DNA from: Demequinaceae bacterium
GTDB lineage: Bacteria > Actinomycetota > Actinomycetes > Actinomycetales > Demequinaceae
Length of the DNA: 32,000 nucleotides
NCBI GenBank assembly: GCA_965250005.1
Contig: OZ252279.1
Span: 1,620,001-1,652,000, forward strand
Direction: 5' to 3'
Position numbers and translations under genes: made by a program. Under the pieces are notes generated by a model, which made no database searches, had not been told where the DNA came from, and worked only from the letters and a program-made list of their open reading frames with translations. How positions within the stretch are numbered: position 1 is the first letter of the stretch; the number at the start of each line of letters is the position of its first letter. Below, piece after piece: positions 22,740 through 32,000 of the stretch.

Positions 22740-24350
22740 CTAGTTTGCGGCGGCGGGCTTCCTCTTCCGCGAATCCCGCCGTTCCGAGTGGAATGCCGAG
22801 ATGCCCTGTTGTAGCCGCAGGAGCGCTGTTCGCAAGTCGTCCTCTGCTACTTGACTTCCTGTCTCCACGCAGAATCTCAAACTCCGCGCGACAAGGGCGT
22901 CTGCATCGCACCTGGTGCTCAAGGCTGCCACGTTGATTCGCTGCAGCAACTTCTTCGTAATCGGCCGTTTTGAGTCGGTGAATGACAGTGATCTAATGAG
23001 CGCATCAGCTGGCTCGCTCGTGAGAACCGCGAGGGTGATCGCGGCGTCATCAAGGCGATCGAAGGGCGCGATGTACGTCACGTCATCGAAGACGACCGGC
23101 TTGCCAGCGATCGGGCCGACCAGACGAAACACAGGATCCTTGTGCATCCCAGAGATTGCGACCTTGTACGGTGCAAAGCTGTAGTCGCCGATACCAAACA
23201 CTGCGAAGCGTGGGCGGCGCGTGTAGATCGACGACTTGCGTCCGTCGAGTTTCTCCGCGTGCTCTTCCAGATACGCGTAGGTCTTGGGCGCCTCGACCGC
23301 GACGATGTCCGTGTCGTCGGAAGGGTGGCGCTGAGGCACCACCATCCATTTCGCGAGCGTGGTGGTTCTGCCGCGGAATACATCCGTGCACTTCAGCAGT
23401 GGGTATAGGAACGTGGGCTCGAGGTCTAGGAGTTCGCCATCTTTGCGTCGCGGATCGGGCGTTGCTTCGAGTTCCATCACCGCGCTCGCATCGTGCTTGA
23501 CCCCCTGCCTCCATTCCAAGTGGGAATCGCCGTCGGCAAAACGAGTCCGCTCGTAGTCGTCAACGTTCGAGACAAGCCGCCCATCGATGACGCCGATCCG
23601 CTTTGTGGGTTCTGCCGCGTCGAGACTGTCAAAAACGTCTGCGACGTAGTTACCGGCGCTGGACGCCGTCTCCAGTATCAGGAGGCATGCGTCGACGTTG
23701 GCGCCGAACCGCTTTTTCGCATCGAGACCGTAGACGCGAGTTGACTTCAGTGGTAGCGCATTCTGCTCTGCGAACTGGAGAATGTTGCGCGCTACTTGAG
23801 ACTTGCAGAGCATGGCAATTGTGGGCTGCTGGGGTGCAAGTTGGACCAGCAGTTTCAGGATGATGGACTCGGCGAGATCGAAATTGCTGGCACCCGTCAT
23901 TGCTTCCAGTCCGCTGAGGCCCCGGATATTCTCCAGTTTGGGCTTGTTTGCGGACGCCATGCGAGTGAGATCGGAATTCGTCACCCACGGTGGATTGCCC
24001 ACGACGAGGAGGCGGCCATCCTCATGCCAAGCGAGGTCGGCGGCAAAGTCGAACTGCATTGCATCGGCTTGGTGAACCTTGGTCAGCCTGCCCGCAGCCT
24101 CGGCGTACTCGGGTTGGAGTTCGACGCCGATCACTTCTGCACTGGGAAGCGCCTTCTGGGCCGCTCGAATGAAGTTGCCAGAGCCGCACGTAGGCTCGAG
24201 CACGCGCGCAAATTGAAGGCGCTTCAGTAGCCCGAGTACGGCGTTGGCGAGCTCAAGAGGAGTCTGGAAGTCTCCGTATTGGTCCTTAGGCAATGAGATC
24301 ACTAATTCCGCTGTCGCTCTCGGACTGTGCCAATCCGATAGCACGGCCAT
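22740..24350 (-). CDS. N6-adenine DNA methyltransferase (gamma class, Eco57I/TaqI-like)
   Basis: Motif I is LEPTCGSGNF and motif IV is VVGNPPW, followed by a long C-terminal target-recognition region. The start is ambiguous (24374, ATG 24350 or GTG 24302), and all three overlap the upstream endonuclease gene. Confidence 0.85.
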   Translation of the reverse strand: MAVLSDWHSPRATAELVISLPKDQYGDFQTPLELANAVLGLLKRLQFARVLEPTCGSGNFIRAAQKALPSAEVIGVELQPEYAEAAGRLTKVHQADAMQFDFAADLAWHEDGRLLVVGNPPWVTNSDLTRMASANKPKLENIRGLSGLEAMTGASNFDLAESIILKLLVQLAPQQPTIAMLCKSQVARNILQFAEQNALPLKSTRVYGLDAKKRFGANVDACLLILETASSAGNYVADVFDSLDAAEPTKRIGVIDGRLVSNVDDYERTRFADGDSHLEWRQGVKHDASAVMELEATPDPRRKDGELLDLEPTFLYPLLKCTDVFRGRTTTLAKWMVVPQRHPSDDTDIVAVEAPKTYAYLEEHAEKLDGRKSSIYTRRPRFAVFGIGDYSFAPYKVAISGMHKDPVFRLVGPIAGKPVVFDDVTYIAPFDRLDDAAITLAVLTSEPADALIRSLSFTDSKRPITKKLLQRINVAALSTRCDADALVARSLRFCVETGSQVAEDDLRTALLRLQQGISAFHSERRDSRKRKPAAAN

Positions 24351-24948
24351 ACTGAAGCCGCCACTGCAGAGCATTCGACATCGTCAGCCCTCCGAGGGCA
24401 GGTGGTTCGGCGAGTATCCGCTCAGCCAGTTGACGGCGACTCTCGGAGTCGAGTGGGAGGTTCTTTTCCTCGAGGAAGGCGTCGACTTCTTCAGCCAGCC
24501 CCCCTCTTGCAGCAAGCGCGATGAGGTGCTTCGTCATTTGGTAGTCGGCGGTACGGTTCGCTCCGATGAAGAGAGCGTTCACGAACTTTAGACGTGCCGT
24601 TTGAGTTTCTTGATCGTCGATTTTCTCGTATACCAGGACGAGAAGGCTGTATCCGAGCCCGTAAATCTTCTGCGTCGCGTTGCGAAACGGACAACTGGAC
24701 TGGGGTTGCTTCGCCGAGGTCACCTTCAGGTCTACTTGAACCTCGGGGAAGTCAATGCCGCTAGCTGAGTTTCCTGAGGTGAGCGCGAAGCGCTCATGGA
24801 TGTAGTCCTTGAACCCGTGCTCAACGTGTGTGCCGATTGCCTTCCCGTCTGTGACCCCAAAGAGTTCCGGAACGCCCTGAGTCGACAGGAGGCGAGCATA
24901 CTCAGCTGCAGATCCCTTCAGGGTCTCGATCGAGAGCTCGGGTTTCAT
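24286..24948 (-). CDS. putative type II restriction endonuclease (PD-(D/E)xK-like)
   Basis: 220-aa ORF immediately upstream of and overlapping the methyltransferase. GIDFPEVQVDLKVTS fits a D...(D/E)xK core. Specificity is unknown. Confidence 0.55.
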   Translation of the reverse strand: MKPELSIETLKGSAAEYARLLSTQGVPELFGVTDGKAIGTHVEHGFKDYIHERFALTSGNSASGIDFPEVQVDLKVTSAKQPQSSCPFRNATQKIYGLGYSLLVLVYEKIDDQETQTARLKFVNALFIGANRTADYQMTKHLIALAARGGLAEEVDAFLEEKNLPLDSESRRQLAERILAEPPALGGLTMSNALQWRLQYGRAIGLAQSESDSGISDLIA

Positions 24949-25058
24949 GACGCACCTTTCCAGTCAAGTACTTGCATCGGCCCAATCTACGGGTCATCGT
25001 TGCTAGACCCTGTGACGACAGGCCGAAGGCGAGGTCCAACGGAGCCAGTCAAGTCGTC

Positions 25059-25080
25059 TCCGAGGGGTTCTGGAGGGGAT
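25059..25080 (+). promoter_or_regulatory. tandem 11-bp motif pair tccgaggggtt / ctggaggggat (candidate recombinase arm site)
   Basis: It has the same orientation and the same 10-mer as 16475-16484 and 16486-16495. It lies 45 bp from the tRNA-proximal att repeat. Confidence 0.4.
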
Positions 25081-25124
25081 GCGCCTTCACCCCGCAACCG
25101 CCCGGGCCGCGTTCACCCTGGTAG

Positions 25125-25203
<79 letters not shown>

Positions 25204-25257
25204 TCCGATATCTTACGAGGCCTGACCGCCCGCGAAGACCGGAGCGCCTCGTGCGCG

Positions 25258-25569
25258 CTACCAGCCGAGTGCGAGCAACGCGGCGAACACCACCGCGCCG
25301 ACCACCATCGACAGCCCGGTGCTGCGACGCCAAACAGCGACGCCGATCGAGACCGACCCGGCGATGTGCCACGCACCGGGCGTCCGCCACTGGCCGGCAT
25401 CGAGCAAGAGGGAGTTGGCGATGATCGCCGCCATCGCGGCGGGAGCGATGAGCCTGAGTGAGCGCATCACGCGTGCCGGTAACTGGCGTCCGCCAAGGAA
25501 CACGATGCCGGAGATGCGGATCAGGTACGTCCCAATCGCGGCCGCAAGGAAGATCAGTGCGTACTTCAT
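25258..25569 (-). CDS. azlD: branched-chain amino acid exporter small subunit AzlD
   Basis: 103-aa protein with four hydrophobic helices (MKYALIFLAAAIGTYLIRISG...). It overlaps the upstream azlC by 4 nt. Confidence 0.8.
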   Translation of the reverse strand: MKYALIFLAAAIGTYLIRISGIVFLGGRQLPARVMRSLRLIAPAAMAAIIANSLLLDAGQWRTPGAWHIAGSVSIGVAVWRRSTGLSMVVGAVVFAALLALGW

Positions 25570-26369
25570 GTGCCGACCGCGTCTTCCACGGGCGTCGGCG
25601 TCGCCGGTTCAGGGACGATCGTGCCGAGCCCAATGCCAGCGAGGGCGCCCAACAACACGTTGAGGCCGTACGGCAGGTCGCGTGCGATGACAACGACGGC
25701 CACCGCCACCACCGCCGCGACCAATGCGGGGCGCGTTCGCAGGTGCGGAAATAGCACTGAAATGAACATGAGCGGCACGATGAAGCCGATCTGCCATGCG
25801 GCCGGCAAGACTGGCCCGAGCAGCACGCCTGCGACGGTCCCGAGCACCCACGTCGTTGCGAACGGCAAGCCCGCGCCAAGCGCGAACCAGCGCCGACGCA
25901 CAGGGTCGGGCCACGCATCGGTGTGGTGAAGGATCGTCACGGCCGCCTGGTCAGTCATGACGTGTGCCAGTCCATAGCGCCAGCGTCGCGGGAACGCCTG
26001 GAACACCGGGGCGAGCGCGGTTGAGTACAGGGCGAAGCGCGCGTTGATCACCAAAGCGGTGAAGATCGCGATTGCCGCAGGGGCGTCGGCGCCGAGCTGT
26101 TCGATTATGGCGAACTGGGACGCGCCGGCCACGACGGTGGCGGAGGCGAACGGGCCAACCCACAGGTCGATACCTGCCGCGGGGATGAGTGCTCCGAACG
26201 CGAGTCCGAAGATGACCGAGCCGGGGATCAGCGGGGCGATCGCCTTGGTGCCTGACCAGAAGTCGCGCGATTGTCGGCGTCCAATGCCAAGTCTCGACGC
26301 GCGCGGGGAGGCGGAGGAGTCGGTCACCAACTCATTACAGCACGCGCACGCGGGTCCGGGTTCGGCCAA
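25566..26369 (-). CDS. azlC: branched-chain amino acid exporter AzlC family protein
   Basis: AGASQFAIIEQL and LVINARFALYSTAL are typical AzlC motifs. The start is uncertain (TTG 26369 or GTG 26327). Confidence 0.8.
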   Translation of the reverse strand: MAEPGPACACCNELVTDSSASPRASRLGIGRRQSRDFWSGTKAIAPLIPGSVIFGLAFGALIPAAGIDLWVGPFASATVVAGASQFAIIEQLGADAPAAIAIFTALVINARFALYSTALAPVFQAFPRRWRYGLAHVMTDQAAVTILHHTDAWPDPVRRRWFALGAGLPFATTWVLGTVAGVLLGPVLPAAWQIGFIVPLMFISVLFPHLRTRPALVAAVVAVAVVVIARDLPYGLNVLLGALAGIGLGTIVPEPATPTPVEDAVGT

Positions 26370-26381
26370 CCTAGCGCAGGC

Positions 26382-27269
26382 CTACGGGCAGGCCTCGCCT
26401 TCGCCGTCTAGTGCGAGCCGGTGCACCAACAGGCTCAAACCTAGTTCTCTGGCGGGTGCGCACATGGTCGACAGCGATGCGCCGTCTTCGATGTATTCGA
26501 CAAGCAGCACCGGCTTCCCGGCCTCGACGAATCCCACAAACGCATCGCAGAAATCATGGGTCAGGCACTCCTCGACGACGGCCAGGTCTGCGGCGCCGAG
26601 GACGCGGTCGGCAATCTCGGGTGAGTTCTTGAGCGCAATCGCGAGGCCGCGCGCGTGAGCTTGCTCCGATAGCCACACGAACGCGCCGGCACTGTCGTCC
26701 TCCGTCAGCCCGAAGCCCGAAGGATTCGAATAGGCGTCCATGTTGTCGGGGTCCACCGCGTCAAAGCCGGCGGCTGCGCACGCGTCCAAGCGTGCGGCCC
26801 ACAGCGGCCCCAGCGCGGCGAGGTCGCGAAGATCGACGTAGCGCTCGCCGGGCCAGTCGTCCAGTTGCTCCCCGAGCACACTCTCGGGGTAGTCGCTCGC
26901 GTCGGGCCGCCAGTCCTCCCACGAGCCGGCCGAGAAGTAGCAGACGGTGTACGCGCCTGCCTCATTGAGTTGCGTCACTTGGTGCGCGGGCACTTGCCAG
27001 TCAACCTCGACAATCTGAGCTCCGGTGGCCAGCGGTACGCCGCCGTCCAGTTGGATCTGCCAACTCGCTCCGGGGCCGGGCGGCGCGGCGAACATGGAGG
27101 TGGGGCCCGTGCGCCTGTCCGGTGAGCCCTGCGGATCCGGAAGCCTGGGTTCAGTAATGACCTCGGCGTCGACGAGGCTGTTCACCCAGACGTAGCCGAC
27201 CGCGATCACTACGCTCACCGCGACCAGCGCGCCGGCGAATCCCATCCGCGCGGTTCGACTCGAAGACAT
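26382..27269 (-). CDS. GH114-like endo-alpha-1,4-polygalactosaminidase, membrane-anchored/secreted
   Basis: I prefer ATG 27269, which gives MSSSRTARMGFAGALVAVSVVIAV as a signal/anchor. Family motifs are VCYFSAGSWEDWRPD, WPGERYVDLR, GFDAVDPDNMDAY, ALKNS and VVEEC. Confidence 0.8.
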   Translation of the reverse strand: MSSSRTARMGFAGALVAVSVVIAVGYVWVNSLVDAEVITEPRLPDPQGSPDRRTGPTSMFAAPPGPGASWQIQLDGGVPLATGAQIVEVDWQVPAHQVTQLNEAGAYTVCYFSAGSWEDWRPDASDYPESVLGEQLDDWPGERYVDLRDLAALGPLWAARLDACAAAGFDAVDPDNMDAYSNPSGFGLTEDDSAGAFVWLSEQAHARGLAIALKNSPEIADRVLGAADLAVVEECLTHDFCDAFVGFVEAGKPVLLVEYIEDGASLSTMCAPARELGLSLLVHRLALDGEGEACP

Positions 27270-27389
27270 GGCGCCAGTCAACCACGGGAACAATATGCGG
27301 GCCCCGAGCGCTAAACACGGTGCCCCGTCACGGCGAGAGCCGCGCGGCCCACACCTCCCTTACTCTGGGAGGGCTGGAAGGAGCATCAG

Positions 27390-27788
27390 ATGCCCACGAT
27401 TGACCGAACCGAAGATGAGTGGCGCGCAATCCTCTCGGACGACGAGTTCCGCGTACTGCGTGAGCACGGCACCGAGCCCGCATTTACGGGTGAGTTGCTC
27501 GACAACAAAGACCCGGGTATGTATCAGTGCAAAGGGTGCGGAGCCGATCTCTTCAAATCGGGGACCAAGTTTGACTCTGGGTCGGGATGGCCTAGCTTCT
27601 ACGAGTCTGTCGACCCGGACGCCGTGATTCTGACGCAGGACTCGAGTTACGGGATGGTGAGGACGGAGATCCAGTGCGCGGCGTGCGAATCTCACCTGGG
27701 ACACGTCTTTCCCGACGGTCACGGCACCCCTACTGGCGAGCGCTACTGCATCAACTCCGCCTGCCTCACGTTCCAAGAGAACGAGTAG
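27390..27788 (+). CDS. msrB: peptide-methionine (R)-S-oxide reductase
   Basis: A GGAAGGAG RBS precedes the start. There are two CxxC pairs (CKGCGADLF, CAACESHLGHVF), plus GWPSF and RYCINS motifs. Confidence 0.95.
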   Translation: MPTIDRTEDEWRAILSDDEFRVLREHGTEPAFTGELLDNKDPGMYQCKGCGADLFKSGTKFDSGSGWPSFYESVDPDAVILTQDSSYGMVRTEIQCAACESHLGHVFPDGHGTPTGERYCINSACLTFQENE

Positions 27789-27794
27789 GTCCTG

Positions 27795-28424
27795 GTGGGA
27801 GAACGACATTTTCGCAGGCCAGCCATGCTCGACATGGAGGCCGCGGATCAACTCGTCGGGGACATCGACCCCGCCGACCGTAGCCTTGTCGCGCACGAGA
27901 CCGCGGCGGCGGTAGTCGCGCAGGTACGCGCATCGCAGGACCAGGCGTTGGTGGCCAAATTGATCGCGCTCGTTGACCAAGAGGGCATCGACACTGTCGC
28001 CATGATGTGGTCCAACGCCGAGGCACATACGCTGCCCGGAGCGCTCTGGCGCATCTACATGCTGCGCGAGTGGACCAAGGCCGACGCGGACGCCGTGGCA
28101 CGCTCGTTCCATCACGGCGTGGTCCGCGCCGAGGTGCGCGCCGCCATTGCGGGAGTCGAGGACCCACCGGGACCGGAGGAGGTGCGCGCGTTGGCAGACG
28201 AGGTGTTGTCCGGGGTATTCTCCGGCGATCTGGCCGGTGCGCTCGACCGTGCCGGCGCCTTCTGCCGAGTGGTTGCCACGGGTGCCGCGATCGAGGCCTC
28301 CTCGGATGAGGGCCACGCGGACGACCGTGCACACCAAACGTCGCTGCGCGCGGCGCAACTGCTCCGCACGGGCGAAGACCTGGAGCGGTGCGCCCAAATG
28401 TGGCGCGAAGATCGGCTTGATTGA
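27795..28424 (+). CDS. conserved hypothetical protein
   Basis: 209-aa acidic helical ORF with plausible coding composition and no motif recognised. The start is either GTG 27795 or ATG 27825. Confidence 0.5.
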   Translation: MGERHFRRPAMLDMEAADQLVGDIDPADRSLVAHETAAAVVAQVRASQDQALVAKLIALVDQEGIDTVAMMWSNAEAHTLPGALWRIYMLREWTKADADAVARSFHHGVVRAEVRAAIAGVEDPPGPEEVRALADEVLSGVFSGDLAGALDRAGAFCRVVATGAAIEASSDEGHADDRAHQTSLRAAQLLRTGEDLERCAQMWREDRLD

Positions 28425-28503
28425 ATTGTTATTAGGTGCCGCGGCGCCTTAGGAGTACCCTGAAAGTGACGTCGGACCGCGGCAGCCCCGGGCTCCAACT
28501 CAA

Positions 28504-28537
28504 GCCGCTTCGAGCGGCCTAAGCGCCGACTGGCGCT
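28504..28537. terminator. two short GC hairpins between convergent genes (possible bidirectional terminator)
   Basis: gccgct-tcg-agcggc (28504-28518) and agcgcc-gact-ggcgct (28522-28537). Neither has a clear U-tract. Confidence 0.3.
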
Positions 28538-28609
28538 CCCGGTCCGATGTCAATCATGCGCCGGGGACCTTTCTCATTTCGCGCGTAAGACGCTGGTGTG
28601 AACCCCACA

Positions 28610-29575
28610 TCACTGCAGCAAGTGCGTCTCCACAGCAGCCACGCGAGGGCCCGCTTCAGTGTCCACGACGTGCGCGATCAACACGCCGCCGGCTGGCAGG
28701 TAGGGGTTCTTTTTTGGCAACTTGCCCCTAGTCCACTTGCGCATCGACATCGACACCATTTCGAGCAACGTTGGCATGGTGGGCCGGTGCACGCATACCA
28801 CCCGATTGCCGGACTTAGCGAGCAACTCAGCCAGGGTGTCTGCAGCCTTCTTGGGCTTGGAGGCGTGCGCCTCTTCCGTGAGCGATTTGTATGTTTTGGC
28901 TTTCTTGCTGATAGCCGCCGCGTACGGCTTCACCGTCATGAGGCAGCGAGCAGCGGGGGATGAATCTACGTAGCGAACACCGAACGCGGAGAACAGCGGG
29001 ATTAGATTCAGGGCGCGTCGGGCACCACCACTGGTGATCGGCCGCGCGAGGTCGTCCTGCTTCCAGGCAGATCGCTTCTTGGCTCGCGTGTGCCGCGCAA
29101 TGATGAATACGCGAGTGTCTAGCGTGTCATTCTGATGTGCCGCGACAAGCCGGTCGAGCGGTTTGAGGTCCGCCTTCATCGTGATTTTGGCGCGTGCCTG
29201 CTCGACCGTCATCCACCGGGTCTTGTCGATCTCGCGTTTGGGCGCCCGCTTCCAGTTGGGGCGGGCGAGCAGCGCGTGGTGCTCCTTCGAGACAACCTCA
29301 GCGGCCCAGTACTTGACCACCTTGGGGCGGCCGCTACGGAGCTTGTACCGGAGTGTGGGAAGAGACTGGCCCAGTTGAACCTGCTTACCCGTTTCTTCGT
29401 AGACCTCGCGTATCGCGCATTCGGGGAGGGTTTCGCCGCGGTGGATCTTCCCCTTGGGCCAGGACCAGTCGTTGTACGACGGCCGATGCACAGTGAGAAC
29501 CTGAAGTTCCCCATCGCGCATACGCCACACGAGCGCGCCAGCAGCGACCACCTCGCTGCGACGGATCCCTTTCAC
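28610..29575 (-). CDS. mutT1: NUDIX hydrolase fused to histidine-phosphatase (SixA-like) domain, MutT1-like
   Basis: The NUDIX box is [22 protein letters not shown]. The C-terminal half contains ARHTRA (RHG-type phosphatase motif). GTG 29575 overlaps the ppk stop (GTGA). The ppk-mutT1 pairing is as in mycobacteria. Confidence 0.7.
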   Translation of the reverse strand: MKGIRRSEVVAAGALVWRMRDGELQVLTVHRPSYNDWSWPKGKIHRGETLPECAIREVYEETGKQVQLGQSLPTLRYKLRSGRPKVVKYWAAEVVSKEHHALLARPNWKRAPKREIDKTRWMTVEQARAKITMKADLKPLDRLVAAHQNDTLDTRVFIIARHTRAKKRSAWKQDDLARPITSGGARRALNLIPLFSAFGVRYVDSSPAARCLMTVKPYAAAISKKAKTYKSLTEEAHASKPKKAADTLAELLAKSGNRVVCVHRPTMPTLLEMVSMSMRKWTRGKLPKKNPYLPAGGVLIAHVVDTEAGPRVAAVETHLLQ

Positions 29576-31824
29576 TTGCCCTTGGCCCGTCGCTTGGGCT
29601 GACGCTTGATGTAGGTCTCCTGTACGTCCTTGAGGCGTTCGCCCTTGCTATCGATCAGGTCGCGCGTCCACGTACCCTCGGCGTCGAGCGCCCACGACGA
29701 GTATTTTGGGCTGATCGCCATGTCGATAGTTTCCAGAAGGGCCTTGATTTGATCCTCATCTACGATGCTGATGAGGGCTTCGACGCGGCGGTCAAGGTTG
29801 CGGTGCATGAGGTCCGCTGAACCGATAAACACGTCGGGCTCGCCCGCGTTGGCAAACGCGAAGATGCGCGAGTGCTCGAGGAACCGGCCCAGCACGGACC
29901 GCACGCGGATGTTGTCGCTCAGCCCCTTGACGCCGGGGCGGAGCGCGCAAATACCGCGCACCACCATGTCCACTTGAACTCCAGCCTGGCTCGCTCGGTA
30001 GAGCGCGTCCATGATCCGTTCGTCAACGATCGCGTTGGTCTTGATCTTGATCCACGCGTCCTCGCCGGCGCCCGCTCGCGCCGCTTCTGCCTCGATTCGA
30101 TCAAGGAGCCCCACCCGGACGTCCTTGGGCGCTACCAGCAGCCGGCGGAATTTGGCTTTGGGCGCGTAGCCGCTTAGTTGGTTGAAGAGCTTGGTTAGGT
30201 CCGCGCCGACCTCGGCGTCCGCGGTCAGCAGACCGTAGTCCTCATACAGTCGCGCGGTGCGCGGGTGGTAGTTACCGGTGCCGATGTGGCAGTAGCGCCT
30301 CAGTCCGTCGTCCTCCTGGCGGACCACCAGGGAGAGTTTGCAGTGGGTCTTGAGGCCCACGAGGCCGTAGACCACGTGCACGCCGGCCTGCTCGAGTTTG
30401 CGGGCCCACGAGATATTGCGCTCCTCGTCGAACCGTGCCTTGATCTCCACGAGCGCGAGCACCTGCTTGCCCGCCTTCGCGGCCTGGATGAGAGCGTCGA
30501 CGATCGGGGAGTCACCGGACGTCCGGTAGAGCGTCTGTTTGATCGCGAGCACCTTGGGGTCTCGCGCGGCTTGTGCGAGGAACGCCTGCACGGAAGTCGA
30601 GAAGGAGTCGTACGGGTGGTGCAGGAGGATGTCGCCGCGTGAGATCGCCTCGAACACGTCGCCGGCGTCGGCCGTTTCAACCGGAGAGAGCTGGTGGTGG
30701 GTCGTGGGACGGAACGCCTCGAATTGGAGTGCGGGACGGTCTAGGTCCGCAATCACGTTGAGGCCGGTCAGGTCGAGCGGTGACGGCAAGTGAAAGACGT
30801 CGGCCTCGGTGATGCCGAGTTCGCGCACCAGCAGTTCCCGGACGGCCGTGGAAAGATCTTCCGCCACCTCGAGCCGAACAGCCGGGCCGAAGCGGCGTCG
30901 CAGCAATTCCTGCTCCATGGCCTTGAGGATGTTCTCGGCGTCGTCTTCCTCGACCTCGACGTCTTCGTTGCGGGTTACGCGGAACGTGTAGTGGCTGACG
31001 ATTTCCATGCCGGGAAACAGGTATTCAAGTTGCGCGGCGATGACGTCCTCAAGCGGGACGAAGCTGCGCGGTCCCGTGTCCAGCGCGGAGGCATCGGTGA
31101 CCTGGGAGGCCTTGCCCTTGGCGTCGACGGCGAGGAAACGGGGAAGCGTCTCCGGAACCTTGACGCGCGCAAAGCGGTCCTTGCCGTTGTCTGGATCGCG
31201 CGTCTCGACTGCGAGGTTGAGCGAGAGGCCGGAGATGTATGGAAACGGGTGGGCCGGGTCCACGGCAAGGGGGGTGAGGACGGGGAAGATGTCCTGGCGG
31301 AAGAGGCGGCGCAGGCGGTCGTGCTCTTTGTCGTCGAGTTCGTCCCAGTGGACAATGTGGATGCCCTCCTCGTCTAGGCGCGGAAAGACTTGACCGGTGA
31401 AGATTTCGGAGTGACGGTTCATGAGTTCGTGGGCGCGTTCGGTGAGCGATTCAACCAGCCGCGTGGGGCTCATGCCGGTTGCGCTCGGTACCGCGAAGCC
31501 CGCCGCGATGCGACGCTTGAGGCCAGCAAGCCGCACCATGAAGAATTCGTCCAAGTTGGACGCGAAGATCGCGAGGAAGCGGGCGCGCTCAAGCAGCGGC
31601 GTCTGAGGATCCTCCGCCAATTCGAGTACGCGCTCGTTGAACGCGAGCCAACTGAGTTCGCGGTCGAGGAACCGGTCTTCGGGAAGCGCTACTTCACTGT
31701 CAGGGACCTTCGCCCCCGTGGACGATCGCACGCCCTTGGTGATCGTGGGCAACGCGAAGGTTTCGTCCGCATCGGGCTCCGTGACGGCGGCCTTCTTGGA
31801 CTTCGCTGCTCGGGCCTCGGACAT
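29572..31824 (-). CDS. ppk: polyphosphate kinase 1
   Basis: 750-aa [47 protein letters not shown] and [18 protein letters not shown] are classic PPK1 signatures. Confidence 0.95.
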   Translation of the reverse strand: MSEARAAKSKKAAVTEPDADETFALPTITKGVRSSTGAKVPDSEVALPEDRFLDRELSWLAFNERVLELAEDPQTPLLERARFLAIFASNLDEFFMVRLAGLKRRIAAGFAVPSATGMSPTRLVESLTERAHELMNRHSEIFTGQVFPRLDEEGIHIVHWDELDDKEHDRLRRLFRQDIFPVLTPLAVDPAHPFPYISGLSLNLAVETRDPDNGKDRFARVKVPETLPRFLAVDAKGKASQVTDASALDTGPRSFVPLEDVIAAQLEYLFPGMEIVSHYTFRVTRNEDVEVEEDDAENILKAMEQELLRRRFGPAVRLEVAEDLSTAVRELLVRELGITEADVFHLPSPLDLTGLNVIADLDRPALQFEAFRPTTHHQLSPVETADAGDVFEAISRGDILLHHPYDSFSTSVQAFLAQAARDPKVLAIKQTLYRTSGDSPIVDALIQAAKAGKQVLALVEIKARFDEERNISWARKLEQAGVHVVYGLVGLKTHCKLSLVVRQEDDGLRRYCHIGTGNYHPRTARLYEDYGLLTADAEVGADLTKLFNQLSGYAPKAKFRRLLVAPKDVRVGLLDRIEAEAARAGAGEDAWIKIKTNAIVDERIMDALYRASQAGVQVDMVVRGICALRPGVKGLSDNIRVRSVLGRFLEHSRIFAFANAGEPDVFIGSADLMHRNLDRRVEALISIVDEDQIKALLETIDMAISPKYSSWALDAEGTWTRDLIDSKGERLKDVQETYIKRQPKRRAKGK

Positions 31825-31903
31825 GACCCCATGGTGGCACGCGGTGACCCGGACCTTCTACCGGTGCACGCGTTCGCAACACGCACACCGGCTCTGGTGG
31901 TGC

Positions 31904-32000
31904 CTAGTCGTCGAGGATGAATGTCACCATCAGGTGAACGACGTACCCGGTGACCTTGCCGTCAGCGATCTCCACCTTCTGGTCTTTGACCCACGCTCCC
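31904..32000 (-). CDS. 3' end of a dodecin-like small protein (5' end outside window)
   Basis: The reverse frame ends ...AWVKDQKVEIADGKVTGYVVHLMVTFILDD* (stop complement at 31904-31906). This resembles dodecin C-termini (...F.V..KVGF.LED). Confidence 0.4.
   Translation of the reverse strand, partial: GAWVKDQKVEIADGKVTGYVVHLMVTFILDD

Noticed and set aside
27360-28397. 345-aa ORF antisense to msrB and the following hypothetical gene.
   Set aside because: It lies opposite an unmistakable msrB frame and its translation has no motifs. It is a typical shadow ORF.
28438-28600. Structured GC-rich intergenic region (tgccgcgg...ccgcggca 8-bp stem and further hairpins) as a possible small RNA or riboswitch.
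   Set aside because: It lies between two convergent gene ends, so there is no downstream gene to regulate. I recognise no known RNA family signature, and terminator hairpins are sufficient.

Overview
High-GC actinobacterial chromosome segment (Actinomycetales-like codon usage). All calls come from reading the sequence and ORF translations by eye. No searches were run, so family names are recollections to be verified. There are three blocks. (A) Core genes at 1-3.4 kb and 25.2-32 kb: membrane proteins, an aldo/keto reductase, azlCD, a GH114-like glycosidase, msrB, a NUDIX/His-phosphatase mutT1-like gene overlapping ppk1, and a dodecin-like gene end. (B) 3.49-15.26 kb: an Rhs/YD-repeat polymorphic-toxin locus. 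One 2,771-aa Sec-signal Rhs protein carries a degenerate amidase_3-like N-terminal module and an RNase A-like C-terminal tip with a coupled immunity gene. Two start-less orphan toxin/immunity modules follow. The three modules share a duplicated post-cleavage pre-toxin segment: 896 bp identical between copies 1 and 2, plus a truncated mosaic third copy. (C) 16.28-25.17 kb: a ~8.9 kb integrative island in the 3' half of tRNA-Lys(UUU), bounded by a 48-bp direct repeat. It carries a tyrosine integrase coupled to a small serine recombinase, an Xis-like HTH, a Toprim primase-like gene, a RecA-like ATPase with a disrupted 5' end, a type II R-M pair, a PIN-like protein with an unassignable C-terminal domain, and a small membrane-anchored protein. 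The best candidates for undescribed biology are the conserved ~300-aa pre-toxin module, the orphan-2 toxin/immunity pair and the PIN-like island protein. No CRISPR array or rRNA was seen.
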